Assembly: GCA_951406725.2 (NCBI GenBank)
Contig: OX597833.1
Location: 52,328,001-52,392,000, forward strand
Direction of reading: 5' to 3'
Length of the DNA: 64,000 nt
Origin: Octopus vulgaris
Taxonomy: Eukaryota
The notes below the pieces were generated by a model. The model worked only from the letters and a program-made list of their open reading frames with translations, ran no database searches and was not told the DNA's origin. Position 1 is the first letter of the stretch, and each line of letters opens with the position of its first letter. Shown here piece by piece: positions 12,219-26,195 of this stretch. The position numbers were made by a program, and so were the translations under genes.

Positions 12219-12658
12219 ACAAAGCACATTTATCATCTCCTTCCGGGTCATTAATAATCCCATCTTCCGGAGACAGCCGGAGACAGCACGTCGTAGTAAG
12301 TATATTAAAATTACGCGCTGATGTCCTTCAAGGTAGCCATCAAGTAAATGAAACTAAAAAGATACCTGGGGGTAGCTTCAGTGTAGTAAAAGCGGCCACC
12401 CGTGTAAAAACAGTCCTCGTGTGTCTGTCTGCTCAAAAACTAATCACTATTACTACTGTTATTGTCATCATTTAATTTGTTAAACATTTAACAACAGGCA
12501 TCGCCAACAGCGACACCGTAACTACAGCTTCTATTTTCCTATGTGCCGTCTGTCTCTCCCCCTCTTTCTCTTTCACTTTTTCTTTCATTTTCTTTCTCCC
12601 ACCCTTTCTCTCTCCATCAATATGTATGTGTGTGTGCTTGCGAGCGTGCATGTGTGCA

Positions 12659-12740
<82 letters not shown>

Positions 12741-12827
12741 GTTTGTGTGTATGAGTGTGTATGCATATATATAATATATAGAGGCGGTGCTCCAGCATGG
12801 CCGTAGTCAAATGACTGAAACAATATA

Positions 12828-13212
12828 GGCGCAGGAGTGGCTGTGTGGTAAGTAGCTTGCTAAACAAACACATGGTTCCGGGTTCAGTCCCACTGCATGG
12901 CATCTTGGGCAAGTGTCTTCTGCTATAGCCCCGGGCCGACCAATGCCTTGTGAGTGGATTTGGTAGACGGAAAGAGAAAGAAGCCTGTCGTATATATGTA
13001 TATATATATGTGTGTGTCTGTGTTTGTCTGTATATGGTGGTGTGTTTACGTCCCCGTCACATAGCGGTTCGGCAAAAGAGACCGATAGAATAAGTACTGG
13101 GCTTACAAAGAATAAGTCCCGGGGTCGATTTGCTCGACTAAAGGCGGGGCCCCAGCATGGCCGCAGTCAAATGACTGAAACAAGTAAAAGAGTAAAGAGT
13201 AAAGAGTAAAAG
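12828..13212 (+). mobile_element. SINE family B, full-length, preceded by an extra tail fragment (12782-12823)
   Basis: Head GGCGCAGGAGTGGCTGTGTGG; tail GACTGAAACAAGTAAAAGAGTAAAGAGTAAAGAG. Confidence 0.9.
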
Positions 13213-13443
13213 AATATATATATATATATACACACATACATATGTATGTATGCGTACGGTCGTGTATTGTATGAAGACACATACATATGTAAATATATAT
13301 ATATACAAAAAGCGGCCACCCGTGTATATACATATATATATATATATACATACATATAATGTACTATATAATTTCAGTACACATACATACGCTCAAACAT
13401 TCATACATGTGTGTGTGTGTGTGTGAATAATAGCACTGTCCTC

Positions 13444-13475
<32 letters not shown>

Positions 13476-13541
13476 CTTCTTCTTCTTCTTCTTCTTCTTC
13501 TTCTTCTTCTTCTTCTTCTTCTTCTTCTTCTTCTTCTTCTT
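13444..13541. repeat. (TTC)n microsatellite
   Basis: Directly visible. Confidence 0.97.
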
Positions 13542-14525
13542 TTCCGTCTCCTCTCTTTTCTTTCTTCTCTCTCTCTCCATTTCTGACACAACGCACTAAA
13601 TACTAATAACACTAGAAAATCTGTACAGCTAACAGAAACTGCTCAACCCCCAACAGTGAATGAAATTAAGGGTTATTTTGAAGTGACCCCTTCTCATTTA
13701 TCACCACTAGAACAGGGGGAAATAATCAACTGCTTACTCTGCACACTTATCACAGCCTTTTGTTAGCTTTACTAACCACAACAATTGTCAACTAAACGGC
13801 CCCTTCATATCTCTTTCTCCCCTATATTACACGTCACGCGGGTGGCTTTCCTTATTATTGTGTTTTTATTTGAGAGTGATGCTGAAGGAGTTAAGCTATA
13901 CACACATACATATATACCTACATGCATTCACACACAGTCACACGCGTACATACTTACATACACACACAAATATACACATGTACATACATACGTACACACA
14001 CACATACACACATATATATATATATATATAAACACACATATATATATATATATGCATATACATATATATAAACTTATAAAAATTTATATAAATAAGGATA
14101 AGATCGATATTCAAAGATACCGATCTTATCAGGTGGCCAGCATGGGAATAAAAACCCTTCAAATGTAATAATTATTTAAAATTATAATTTAGGGTACCAC
14201 GCTGGAAATAACAGTCAAAACTTGACTCTGAAACCACATTAAATCTTCATACAGTACCAGAAGAGGAGACAAAGAGACAAAATAAACTAGCAAAAAAAAA
14301 ATTACTGGATAAATCCAGATCCCGGATTTCTGACTTTGCATAAGAAATGCCTTGCCTTCATCAATGGAATACACTCAGATAGCACATAAATACATATATA
14401 TATATATATACAACATACGTTATACTTACATATACGAACGTATATACATACATATATATGCACGTATGAACCCGACCAGTTTAATTTGCCCCCCTTAAAA
14501 CTCCTCGTGCGATATGGTCAGAATA

Positions 14526-14904
14526 AAACTTAGATAAACTTAGATGTATTTCGACCAAAGATTGGTTCAGGCCATATCTAACTTAATAGCACCATCTGAT
14601 AGGATTATCTAAAACCTTTTAAAGTCAAGTTTTATGGTATCATGGTCCGTTTAAGCAAGGAGTTCTTGTTGAGTGAGTTGTATCCGGGTATAGGTGGCTT
14701 ATCTGGTATTCCTTGAAAAAATTTCTCCGGATTCCGTTTAAAGGTAATGGGACCCTTTTCCTCTTTGATCAGTTTTGGGACAATGTTAAATAGGGCAGGG
14801 CCTGTCGAGGAAAAGAAATTGTGTTGCAGTGTATTTATGCGTTGTGATCCTGAATTGGCTAGGGATCGTATGGCCCGTGGTCCTAGCCTTGGATGAACCT
14901 TGAA

Positions 14905-14908
<4 letters not shown>
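14526..14908 (-). mobile_element. CR1-type LINE 3' end (ORF2 C-terminus + 3' UTR)
   Basis: [10 protein letters not shown]...HNFFSSTGPALFNIVPKLIKEEKGPITFKRNPEKFFQGIPDKPPIPGYNSLNKNSLL resembles the CR1-group ORF2 terminus (GP.LFN.LP...FK..LD.FL..IPD.P..PGY....NSL). The 3' end has a short ATCTAAGTTT repeat. Confidence 0.82.
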
Positions 14909-14981
<73 letters not shown>

Positions 14982-15135
14982 TATATACATATATGTATAT
15001 TCATATATATATACATATTTATATATACATATATGTATATTCATATATATACATACATGTATTCATATGTATACATAGATATATACATATATATTCACAT
15101 ATATATTATATACACATACATATAGATGTGTTTAT

Positions 15136-15168
<33 letters not shown>

Positions 15169-15171
15169 CAT

Positions 15172-15208
<37 letters not shown>

Positions 15209-15693
15209 TGTGTTTATACATATATATAAAACGAAGTACGAACAAACACACACGCACACATACACATACAAACACAAACAGACACGCACACACACACACA
15301 AACGCACACAAACACACAGGGATATACACATGTAAAACACACGAAAATACTCCTGCACATATACCCATATACATGATACATATATACATAGTTAACAACA
15401 CATCGAAACATTCAGAAATACATACGTACACACTGAGAGATACCATTCAGCGATGGAGTAATCATCACTGAAGATCTTTAATTTCAAGCAGGACTAGAAT
15501 TCTAATATTATTATCTTTACTGATGTGGGGCGGTTATTTCCCCTGTCAGTACATAGACTTCTGCTTCTTTGCGGCTAAGAGGGTTTTTACCTCTTATTTC
15601 CAGCAATGTAGGGGATACTCTGCACCGTCAGTTACAATTAGTGACAATTGAATTCTTCCTTTTCGGTTTTATATTGCTTATAACAGCCTTCGT

Positions 15694-15731
<38 letters not shown>

Positions 15732-16076
15732 ACACAACGATCAAAGAATACCACACAGACACGAACACTCAAATAAATAAACATGCACACGTAGACATCA
15801 ATATGCCTGTGCTTACAAATTCACTTTCTCACACATGACGTGCCCATACAATCAAATAGAAGCACCCCGCCACACACACACACACATACACACTCTACCA
15901 AGCATGCACCTACGCTCGACACACATGGAACCGATGCGTGCACTCTACAAGGCCGTTGGACAAACTAGAAATAGCAATTGAATTCCCTCATACTGTCACA
16001 CTCCCAGCTGTTTTAAGTACGGATTAGATTATGTAGTACGCGTTGCGGTTAGAAAGTCTTTGATAAAACAGTGTGT

Positions 16077-16117
<41 letters not shown>

Positions 16118-16159
16118 TACATTTGGGTGTGTTAATAATGGATAGTAATACCTCGGTTG

Positions 16160-16440
16160 TGAGAGTTCATCGTATTGTGATTAGGGTTATTGCACTCACG
16201 TTCGCAAAATCGTGGTTTCAATTCCTAGTTCGGATGGTGCGTTGTGTTCTTGAGCAAAACACTTCATTTCACATTGCTCTGCAACCACTCTGACACCTGA
16301 TGGTACGGTATACCGTGTATCTGTTCCGGCAACGTCGATTTGATGGAGATAATAAGCTAAGGTACGTCACATGCATTCGATCACTATAAACAAATCATTT
16401 GTGCAGATTGTTCAGCAAAATATTGCAGAGCCGTCTTTCT
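16160..16440 (+). mobile_element. Old SINE C-related copy (partial body M, different tail)
   Basis: GTGGTTTCAATTCC B-box followed by GTTGTGTTCTTGAGCAAAACACTTCATTTCAC. Confidence 0.7.
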
Positions 16441-16461
16441 CGGACTACCAGAGACTAACTA

Positions 16462-16975
16462 AACAAACAAACAAACGAACGAACGAACGAACGCACAAAC
16501 GCACGAACGCACGAACGAACGAACGAACAGACGAACGCACGAACGCACGAACGAACGAACAGACGAACGCACGAACGCACGAACGAACGAACCGACGAAC
16601 GAACGAACGAATGAACGAACAAACGAACGCACGAACGAACGAACCGACGAACGAACGAACGAACGAGCGAACAAACGAACGAACGCACGAACGCACGAAC
16701 GAACGAACCGACGAACGAACGAACGAACGAACAAACGAACGCATGAACGCACGAACGAACGAACGCACGAACGAACGAACGCACGAACGATGGAAAGCAC
16801 GAACGAACGAAAGCACGAACGAACGAACGATCTCACGAAAGAATGAACGCACGAACGAACGAACGAACGAACGCACGCACGAACGCACGAACGAACGCAC
16901 GAACGAACGAACGAATGAACGCACGAACGAACGCACGAACGAACGCACGAACGAACGAACGAACGAACAAACGTA
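16462..16975. repeat. (AACG)n/(GCAC) tetranucleotide array, ~510 bp, CpG-rich
   Basis: Directly visible. Confidence 0.95.
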
Positions 16976-16994
16976 CAAAACAAAGCAAGCAAAC

Positions 16995-17200
16995 TAATAA
17001 AACCTCGGTTAGCACTCTATGTACGTTCCGAACAATGCCGCACTAAACGAACCACTGCTAAACTTTGTTATTGCATCATTGCATAAAGAGAATCATATGA
17101 TATTTTTAAGGGAAATACGAACACAAATGAGGATGGTTGATGTAGCCAAACGTCTGAAAATTCCAGAGACTTACTGTCGTACACTCGAAGCACTTAATGA
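16995..17200 (+). mobile_element. Possible decayed pogo/Tigger-type transposon 5' end
   Basis: TIR-like TAAAACCTCGGTTAGC, followed by REIRTQMRMVDVAKRLKIPETYCRTL, which is reminiscent of a psq-type HTH. Confidence 0.35.
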
Positions 17201-17794
17201 CCTTAGATCGCATCGTGGTCTACTGTTATGATAAAATTAGAGCAAAAGTTCAATTAATTAGGGGCTAATGTTATGATAAAAATTATAAAATAGTTCGTAT
17301 TAATCAGCTTTAGTCACGAGCACACTGGCATACACGCCATTAATTCAGCTGAAAGGCATCACAAAATAGGACAGAACAGGCTATATTTGGGATGGGAATC
17401 TTGGCTGTAGCTCTTGCAAGCACATTGGTTACTTTGCAAAGGGTGTTAAGCATGGTCTCCGTTTTCTTGAGAATTTTCACGCCAAGTAATTCAAAGTAGC
17501 GCAGAATAACATATCCAGACTACCTCTCTTTCCCTTGCTGCTCCGTTCTAGTTCAGTGATACCTTGCTATGTTTCGCTGCTCTATCACCCATTCATAGCT
17601 CTTCCCCTATAAAATGGCTCAAGTTTTCCGTAATCTCAGAGATGCTCTTAGTGAATAATTCATTTGCTCATATTCTATCTGATGATACGAGCTCTACAAT
17701 AAAACTTTCAATAATTTCAAATGCATCAAATATTAATTTATTTATTTATTCTATTTTTTATTTGTTTTAGTCATTTGACTGGAGCCATGCTGCA

Positions 17795-18060
17795 GCATAT
17801 TCATGAAAACAAGAATTCAGAAAGAATAGAAAGCACATGGTTCCGAGTTCAGTCCCACTGCGTGGCACCTTAGGCAAGTGTGTTCTACTTTAGCCTCGGG
17901 CCGACCAAAGCCTCGTGAGAGTTGATTTGGTAGACGGAAACTGAAAGAAGCCCGTCGTATATATAAGTAGACTACACTTGCCTAAGGTGCCACGCAGTGG
18001 GACTGAACTCGGAACCATGTGTTTTCTATTCTTTCTGAATTCTTGTTTTCATGAATATGC
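17795..18060. repeat. 96-bp inverted duplication (unique flank + SINE B part) with 74-bp spacer
   Basis: 17795-17890 versus the reverse complement of 17965-18060, about 3 mismatches. Confidence 0.92.
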
Positions 18061-18144
18061 AAAGGAAAAGATTCGTTAGAGTTACCATATATATTTCAAC
18101 TAACTGTCATGTCCCGTAATCTTTTCTACTAAAGACACAAGGCA

Positions 18145-18320
18145 TGGATATTTTGGAGAAGAGACTAGTTGATCACATCGATCTCAGTGCGTAACTGGTA
18201 CTTATTTAGTCGACCCTGAAAGGATGAAAGACAAAGTCGACCTCGGCGGAATTTGAACTCAGAACGTAACCGCAGACGAAATACCGCTAAGCATTTCGCC
18301 CGGCGTGCTGACGATTCTGC
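18145..18320 (-). mobile_element. SINE family A
   Basis: AAAGGATGAAAGACAAAGTCGACCTCGGCGGAATTTGAACTC. Confidence 0.85.
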
Positions 18321-18539
18321 TCAGCTGAACACACCAAGAGAAATTATGGCATTATAGAAATGATTACGGTTTTGGAAGGATCCCACTAAAGCTAGTGTGA
18401 ATTTGAACTGATTCACATTCGAAAAACTACCTGCAAAATTACACCTGCTTATGCTGGCTAACGAAATGCATGTACTACTACGACGTGCTTGAACTGGAAC
18501 CCTCGTATGTTATTCAAGAATGTTAAATGTATAGAATAT

Positions 18540-18898
18540 GTTTACTCTTTTTACTATTTTTTACTCTTTTACTTCTTTCAGTCATTTGACTGTGGCCATG
18601 CTGGAGCACCGCCTTTAGTCGAGCAAATCGACACCAGGACTTATCCTTTGTAAGCCTAGTACTTATTACTTCGGTCTATTTTTGCTGAACTGCATCGGTT
18701 GTCAAGCGATGTTGGGGGGACAAACACAGACACTCACACACATACACTCACATACATATACATATATATATATATACATATATATATATACGACGGGATT
18801 CTTTCAGTTTCCGTCTACCAAATCGTCTGCATCGGTTGTCAAGCGATGTTGGGGGGACAAACACAGACACTCACACACATACACTCACATACATATAC

Positions 18899-18929
<31 letters not shown>

Positions 18930-19092
18930 CGACGGGATTCTTTCAGTTTCCGTCTACCAAATCCACTCACAAGGCTTTGGTCGGCTCGAGGCTATAGTAG
19001 AAGATACTTGCCCAAGGTGCCACGCAGTAGGACTGAACCCGGAGCCATGTGGTTGGTAAGCAAGCTACTTACCACACAGCTACTCCTGCGCC
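18540..19092 (-). mobile_element. SINE family B with an internal ~137-bp tandem duplication
   Basis: CTGCATCGGTTGTCAAGCG...CGTCTACCAAATC occurs at ~18690-18824 and ~18827-18963. The head ends CCTGCGCC at 19092. Confidence 0.88.
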
Positions 19093-19493
19093 TTATTTAT
19101 TTTCATTTATGTATTTACATGTATGTATATATTTCATCGTGTCAAACACTGTTTTTACATTTCCTCTGCGGCTGTGCACTCGTAAACCGAAAATCTCTAT
19201 TCCTTGCGTGTCTCTGTTCGTTGTTGCATTAAGACAAGTTGTTACACCAACGATAATTATTCCACTAAAGTTGTTACAGTAAGGCAATATTCACGTTGCA
19301 TCCGCAAAACGATGAATTGTATCATTAGCATACACGCGCACACGCACACATGCGCTCGCTCGCGCGCGCGAAAACATTGTCGTGTACTCACGCGCACGCA
19401 TGTGTGTGTACGTACATAAATATATATATATATATGTGTTTGTGTAAATGTGCATTTATGCCTGCTTGTGTGATGTTCTCTCACTCCCTCTCT

Positions 19494-19494
<1 letters not shown>

Positions 19495-19559
<65 letters not shown>

Positions 19560-19749
19560 ATACATATATATATGTATATGTATATATATGTGTGTGTATA
19601 TATATATTTATATATATATATATATATATATACATATACATACATATATATATATATATACACACATATATATATATATACATATATATATATATGCATA
19701 TACATATATATAAATACATATACACACACATATATATATATACATATAC

Positions 19750-19805
<56 letters not shown>

Positions 19806-19820
19806 GCATGCATACGTATA

Positions 19821-19872
<52 letters not shown>

Positions 19873-19890
19873 TGCATGTATGTATATATA
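19495..19890. repeat. (TA)n/(TACA)n compound microsatellite
   Basis: Directly visible. Confidence 0.95.
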
Positions 19891-20277
19891 CCCATGCGTG
19901 TAATGGCAGCTGTTAAAGTGTTCTTATGTCATTGGAGTCTACTTAATATCTGTATGAAAGAAACAGAAAAAAACAACGTGCTTTTAGGTATATCGTTAAA
20001 GAGCCTCAGGCTCAAAAGATGACATTTCATTATAAAACAGTTGAGAAGTAAATGTTTCTCAACTAACGAAGGCAGACCCAGTGGTCTCTAAATTTAGTTT
20101 CGTAAACAAACCATCACCGGTTGTCAATAGGTGGACAATATACACACACATACACATATACAACAGAGAAACACACACGCATATATTAACGACCGGCTTT
20201 CTCTCTACCATGTTCACGCAGAAAGCAGTGATCGACCCGGGACTATAGAAGGTGACATATATACGAGTCGTTGCATA

Positions 20278-20395
20278 GGCGCAGGCGTGGCTGTGTGGTA
20301 AGTAGCTTGCTTCCCAATCACATGGTTCTGCGTTCAGTCGCACTGCGTGGCACCTTGGGCAAGTGTCTTCTACGATAAACTCAGGCCGACCAAAG
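20278..20395 (+). mobile_element. SINE family B, 5' part
   Basis: GGCGCAGGCGTGGCTGTGTGGTAAG...CACCTTGGGCAAGTGTC. Confidence 0.85.
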
Positions 20396-20490
20396 AGATG
20401 TTGTGCAACTGAAACCTGAGTGTCGTTTTGGTCTACTGAAAGCAGTTTTGGCAGAAACTTGGCAGACATGTGTCTCATACTGAAATCATC
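20393..20490 (-). pseudogene. mariner transposase fragment
   Basis: DDFSMRHMSAKFLPKLLSVDQNDTQVSVAQHL matches the mariner linker region (MR.VSAKFVPKLL..DQK..RV.VAQ.L, the WVPHEL-equivalent). Confidence 0.65.
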
Positions 20491-20645
20491 GACGCCAGTG
20501 CGTAACTGGTACTTAATTTATCAACCCCGAAAGGATGAAAGGCAAAGTTGACCTCGGCGGAATTTGAACTCAGAACGTAACGGCAGACGAAATACCACTA
20601 AGCATTTCGCCCGGCGTGCTAACGTTTCTGCCAGCTCGCCGCCTT
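20487..20645 (-). mobile_element. SINE family A (3'-truncated)
   Basis: Ends CTGCCAGCTCGCCGCC on the + strand. Confidence 0.88.
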
Positions 20646-21327
20646 CTTACCACACGACCATGCCTGTGCAAATTATATCCGACATTATAATTAACTTGTC
20701 AATCTACTGACTTGGAGTGCTGCGTCTTTATTTTTTCATTCTAATCCATCCCCGAATATAATGGAAAATATAAAGTTGATCAACCTCGGCGACCCTTGAA
20801 GTGAGAGCACATAGAGACGGAACAGCTATTGCGAAGTATTCAATCCAACGCTACAAGGACTTTGTCAATTGAACACCTTAGTAGTTTAGTGTCCAGAAAA
20901 AAAGAGCGTTAAAGGCTACATGTATGTTGTCCAATATGGCAGCCATCGTAACGTCTATATTTTTCTCTGTTCTGATCTAACGATTTTACGTCTTAGTTTT
21001 TTTTTTTTATTTTTTATTTTTTCATGCTAGTTTAAATTTGATAACTGAGACGGTGGCAGATGTCAAATATGTTTGGGTTCACTACCTCAGTCAGCGAGTT
21101 AATAAAAATGTTGCTATAACATTAGCAAGATAGAAAAATAGTAGCTTTAAAAAAAAAAAAAAAAAAGCAAACAAACAAGAAAAAGAAAACAGAAAACAGA
21201 CGCAGAAAAATACTGATGAAACTTGAAACTAAAACCACTCATTCCATTTTTAAAAAAAAAAGTGTTTTTCCCTCTCATTCGGTACACTAAATATCATTTA
21301 GAGGAAAACATATCATGAGTCTTTGTA

Positions 21328-21381
21328 TCATCATCAACACTCTCCTCCTCCTCCTCCTTCTCCTCTTCATTATTATTATCA

Positions 21382-21448
<67 letters not shown>

Positions 21449-21585
21449 CATCGTCGTCGTCGTCGTCGTCGTCATCATCATCATCATCACCATCGTCGTC
21501 ATCATCGTCGTCGCTGTTGCCTCCGTTGGCATAAAATAGGGTACTGCAACTCTAGCATTGCGGTCATCAGCAGCAGCAACAGCAA

Positions 21586-21616
<31 letters not shown>

Positions 21617-21761
21617 TGTAGTGGCAATAGCGGTGGTAGAGGCAATAGTGGTGGTGATGGTGGAGGTGGTGGTAGTTGTGATAGTAGTGGTAGTGGTGGT
21701 GGTAGTTGTGGTGGTGATCGTGGTGATAGTGGTGGTGGTTGTGGTAATAGTAGTGGAGATA

Positions 21762-21806
<45 letters not shown>

Positions 21807-22043
21807 AGGTGGTAGTGTCAATAGTGGTGGTGATAGTGGTGGTGGTTGTGATAGTAGTAGAAATAGTAGTAGTGGAGGTGGTGGTAGCAGTGGTGGTGAT
21901 CGTGGTAGTGGTGGTGGTGGCAGTATTTCTAATAGTAGTATTAGTAGTAGTGGAGGTGGTGGTGGTAGTTGTGGTGGTGGTTGTGGTAATAGTAGTGGAG
22001 GTGATGGGGGTAGATTTTTGTGATGTTGGAAGTGGTGGTTGTG

Positions 22044-22085
<42 letters not shown>

Positions 22086-22140
22086 CTAGTAGTAGTAGTA
22101 CTAGTAGTAGTAGTGGTGGTGGTGGTGGTGGTGGTAGTTA
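21328..22140. repeat. Compound trinucleotide tract (ATT, CGT, CAT, TAG, GGT)
   Basis: Directly visible. Confidence 0.95.
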
Positions 22141-22933
22141 TAACAGTATGTAAAGGATGACCTCCAGGATACATTCACCCGAGTTTCTTGACTCCGTCGT
22201 TGTTACTGCTGTTGTTGTTGCTGTTCTTGTTAAATATTAGTTTTCTTGTGATTATTGCATTTTTTTTCTCTTCCCTTCATTATTACTGCCATTATTGTTG
22301 TTGTTGTTGCTGTTATGGTTGCTGTTGTTGTTGGTGGTGGTGGTGGTTATGGTGATGATAGTGTTCTTACATTACCCGCTGTTGTTGTTGCTGCCGCCGC
22401 TACTGCAGTACATAGTGGTGTTGGTACGACGTTGTTATCATAATGGCTGACATTTCAACACGTATGTACCGTGTAATTATTAGTTTTGATAGCAACACAC
22501 GGAAGACTTGGTGCTGCCAGGGTTAGATTTACTTCTGTGATTGTAATCTATGATATGTTTTACGCTTTGTTAGTTACTTGTTCCCGTGTTGTGACTCTTA
22601 ATTAGCAACTAATATCTCACGATACGTAACGAACGTACTGCCTGCTCTTTGCGTAAGCGCGTAAACCCATCCATATGCATTTCTCTCTCTATCTCTCTCT
22701 GTCTGTCTCTGTTTCTTACTCTCTCATTCTCTCTCGCTTTTTCGCTCTTTCAGACACAGACGTACGCACACTGCCCCTTATATCTGCCTCCAAGTTCACA
22801 CAAATACATAAACACATACAGACGAACACATGCATACACATATACATACACATGTATATGTCTGTGTACTTGTCAGACACAACATTCTGTTATATAACTT
22901 GGTAATACACATGCAGACCGGTAAAGCTTGCTC

Positions 22934-22939
<6 letters not shown>

Positions 22940-23013
<74 letters not shown>

Positions 23014-23075
23014 TATAGATAGATAGATGGATGGATGGATGGATGGAGGGAGGGATGGATAGATAGATAGATAGT

Positions 23076-23142
<67 letters not shown>

Positions 23143-23169
23143 CTGGATGGATGGATGGATGGATATATG

Positions 23170-23249
<80 letters not shown>

Positions 23250-23250
23250 T
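22940..23250. repeat. (TA)n + (AGAT/GGAT)n, followed by a SINE B 3' half (~23255-23480)
   Basis: Directly visible; the SINE part starts CGCTTGACAACCGGTGTTGG. Confidence 0.9.
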
Positions 23251-23833
23251 ATGTGTGTGTCTGTCTGTCCCACGCTACCGCTTGACAACCGGTGTTGGTG
23301 GGTTTACGTCCAGGTATGTTAGCGGTTCGGTAAAAGAGACCAGAAGAATAAGTTAACAGTACCAGGCTTAATAAAAAAATAAGTACGAGGGGATCGATTA
23401 ATTCGAGTAAAAATTTCTTGAAGGCGGTGCCCCAGCATGGACGCAGTCTAATGACTGAAACAGGTACAAGATAAAAAGATGTATACATACGTATGCATGC
23501 AAATATTTATGTAATTTACTTTTATTCTTGGCCAGACATGTCAGAATATCCAGCCGTGTATTCTCACAGGTATCTACACTACCTTGGAGAACACTGGTGC
23601 CACCAACGCAAGTTTATCATGCCAATGACAAATTGAAATACGATGTAATATATTTACAGGCGCCAGTCAAGTGGGGAGAAACAAGAAAATACTGTCCCAC
23701 GGGAATCGGCAGAACAGTGGATCGATTCCCATGGGAGATAATTTCACGTTCTCATCTTTCTTTTTCTATCCTTTATTGGTAATCGAAAATGTCTTGCATA
23801 TTTTTGTAATGTTAACCATTATTACATAGAGTA

Positions 23834-24274
23834 CTAGCAATGTAACCCGGCGTTGTTTGGGTTTGTTTTTTAGTTGTACTTAAAACGGCAGACTTTGATG
23901 GCGCGTTAACAAAGTTTTGACATAGTTTCAGTCTTTTCTGAAAAGTAAAAATTTTGCATTATGTAACTTGTTATTCTCTTTAAGGGAACATTTTTCTGGT
24001 TGAAATACACCGAAAAATGTCGATACAGTAGTTAAAAAATCGTAAAAAATAGGGATTTTCATAGAAAAAAAGCACCTTTTTGATGTGAACAATTTTGGGT
24101 TTTAACATTGTCCGATTTAAATGTTTTCTTCTACGGAATGAAGCGCAAGCCTTCTTCTATCATAGTTTCAATTTTGGTTAACTTGCAGCGCAGGGTCTCG
24201 GAGGAGATAATGTTAGTTGAAGGCTACCAAACCTGCCACACACACACAGACAACTTCAGCTTTATATGTATAGA
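23834..24274 (-). mobile_element. Non-autonomous Helitron
   Basis: Minus strand A|TCTATACATATAAAGCTGAAG...ACCCAAACAACGCCGGGT(hairpin)TACATTGCTAG|T: 5' TC, 3' hairpin + CTAG, inserted in an AT site with no TSD. Second copy at 57312. Confidence 0.85.
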
Positions 24275-24921
24275 TTACTAACACAAACACACGCACATAC
24301 ATATACACATATGGCTATGTATGTCAGCATGTCTATTTATGTACCTAAGCGTGTGAGTCGATGCATGTTTATGTGTTTTTGTATCTGTGTGGTATGAATA
24401 TAAAGAGTATCTAGCAGAAAATTCCTTTGTTATACTTAGGTTCAGCTGAATTATCTCCCTTGAGACGAAAGGCAATATGCTCGCTTTGCGAGGATAGCAA
24501 TGAAATAAGTGTCTGAGAAAGTTTTGAGCTGAAATACTGAAAGTTTAATCTAATGTAATATTTCCAATTTCACGCACAAACATTCGACTATTTCTCTTCA
24601 TAATATAACGACATAATTGTCGTTATTGAGTATGTATTATCAAATTATTAGATCTCGAAAGAGATATCACGATGGGATAAGAGCAAATTGTTACAAAGAA
24701 AATTTGTCATTGGTATGTGGTATTATGCAGCGATTATCGAACATATTAAAAGTACAGCCTTACGCTCTCTGTACATATATACACATTTATATGCGTGAGT
24801 GTGTGTATATGTATATATAAATATATGTATGCGCATATATTTGTGTGTGTGCGTGTGTGTATGTGTGTATGTATATATCTATAAATGTTATATATTATAT
24901 TCATGTGTGTGCACACATATA

Positions 24922-24986
<65 letters not shown>

Positions 24987-24989
24987 TTG

Positions 24990-25128
24990 AGTAGCTAGCT
25001 TACCGACCACAAGGTTCCGGGTTCAGTCCCACTGCGTGGCAACTCGAGCAAGTGTCTTCTACTACAACCTCGAGCCGACCAAAACCTTGTGAGTAGATTT
25101 GATAGACGGAAACTGAAAGAAGCCCGTC

Positions 25129-25188
<60 letters not shown>

Positions 25189-25385
25189 TTATCCCCCAAC
25201 ATCACTTGATAACCGATGATGGTGTGTTTACGTCCCCGTAACTTAGCGGTTCGGCAAAGGAGCCGACAGATAGAATAAGTACTAGGTTAACAAAGAATAA
25301 GTCCCGGGGTAGATTTGTTCGACTAAAGGAAGTGCTCCAGCATGGCCGCAGTTAGATGACTGAAAGAAGTAAAAAAATAAAAGAA
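24990..25385 (+). mobile_element. SINE family B (head slightly truncated)
   Basis: GGTTCCGGGTTCAGTCCCACTGCGTGGC...(TA)n(TG)n...GTGCTCCAGCATGGCCGCAG. Confidence 0.88.
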
Positions 25386-26126
25386 CACACATATATATGT
25401 TTGGGGGGGTGTTTGTGTGTGTGTGTATAGTTTAATAACAAAACAAGAGAAATGCAACTCTATAAATAACTATATATTTTGTATAATCGTACTTTATTTT
25501 CGATCGGAAATTTATCAAGGGGTGAAAAATTTCATACATCGCACAAGTATGTTAGTGGCATAATCGAAACTCTTAGGTCTTGATCCAAGTTTGTGAGCCA
25601 TTTACCAATTAAAAATAATGGTAAAAAAATGTTTACATACTCAGGTCACACACGGACGCACACACAGACACACACATGCACTAACGCATACACACATACA
25701 GATACACACAAAGATACAGTCTCACTCATGCAGATACACCCATATAGATGTACATACATATTTAAAAATCGCTTGAGAACTTTAGCAAGACTAAAATAAT
25801 TTTTAGTTACTATTTTATCAAAATATGCTACCGATTTCAATCGCTCAAAAAGACGATTTAGTTATACTGCGATGAAAGGAAAAATAAACTGAAATGGATT
25901 AAATTAATTAAATGTTTGAGGATATCGGTTCTGGAAGTTCACATTTCTGTCTTACAAAAATGACACGGTGCCAGTATTTCATATCCTTCCAATGTGTACT
26001 GAGTTGTTGAAATAGAAGCAACAGTAACATTTCAAGCAGTGCTGTTTATCTTTTTCTCTGAGAGACTATATGTAGTAGCAGCAGCAGTTCTAGTAGCTGT
26101 AGTAGTCTCTCTCTCTCTCTCACACA

Positions 26127-26194
<68 letters not shown>

Positions 26195-26195
<1 letters not shown>

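Noticed and set aside
14090-14390. TA-flanked segment with an AGTCAA/TTGACT hairpin followed by GAAAC
   Set aside because: No recognisable CUGANGA; possibly a PLE-LTR relic but unsupported.
20059-20140. LLTTGDG..LETT looks like the mariner ITGDE motif in frame with the mariner fragment
   Set aside because: The DNA is SINE B sequence (TTGACAACCGGTGATGG..TGTTTACG), so the match is coincidental.
21213-21232. CTGATGA-AACTT-GAAA-CTA hammerhead-like string
   Set aside because: Stem II would need a 1-nt loop and there is no stem I/III; likely chance in A-rich sequence.
23528-23782. 84-aa unique ORF
   Set aside because: No recognisable motif or consistent splice-site pair.
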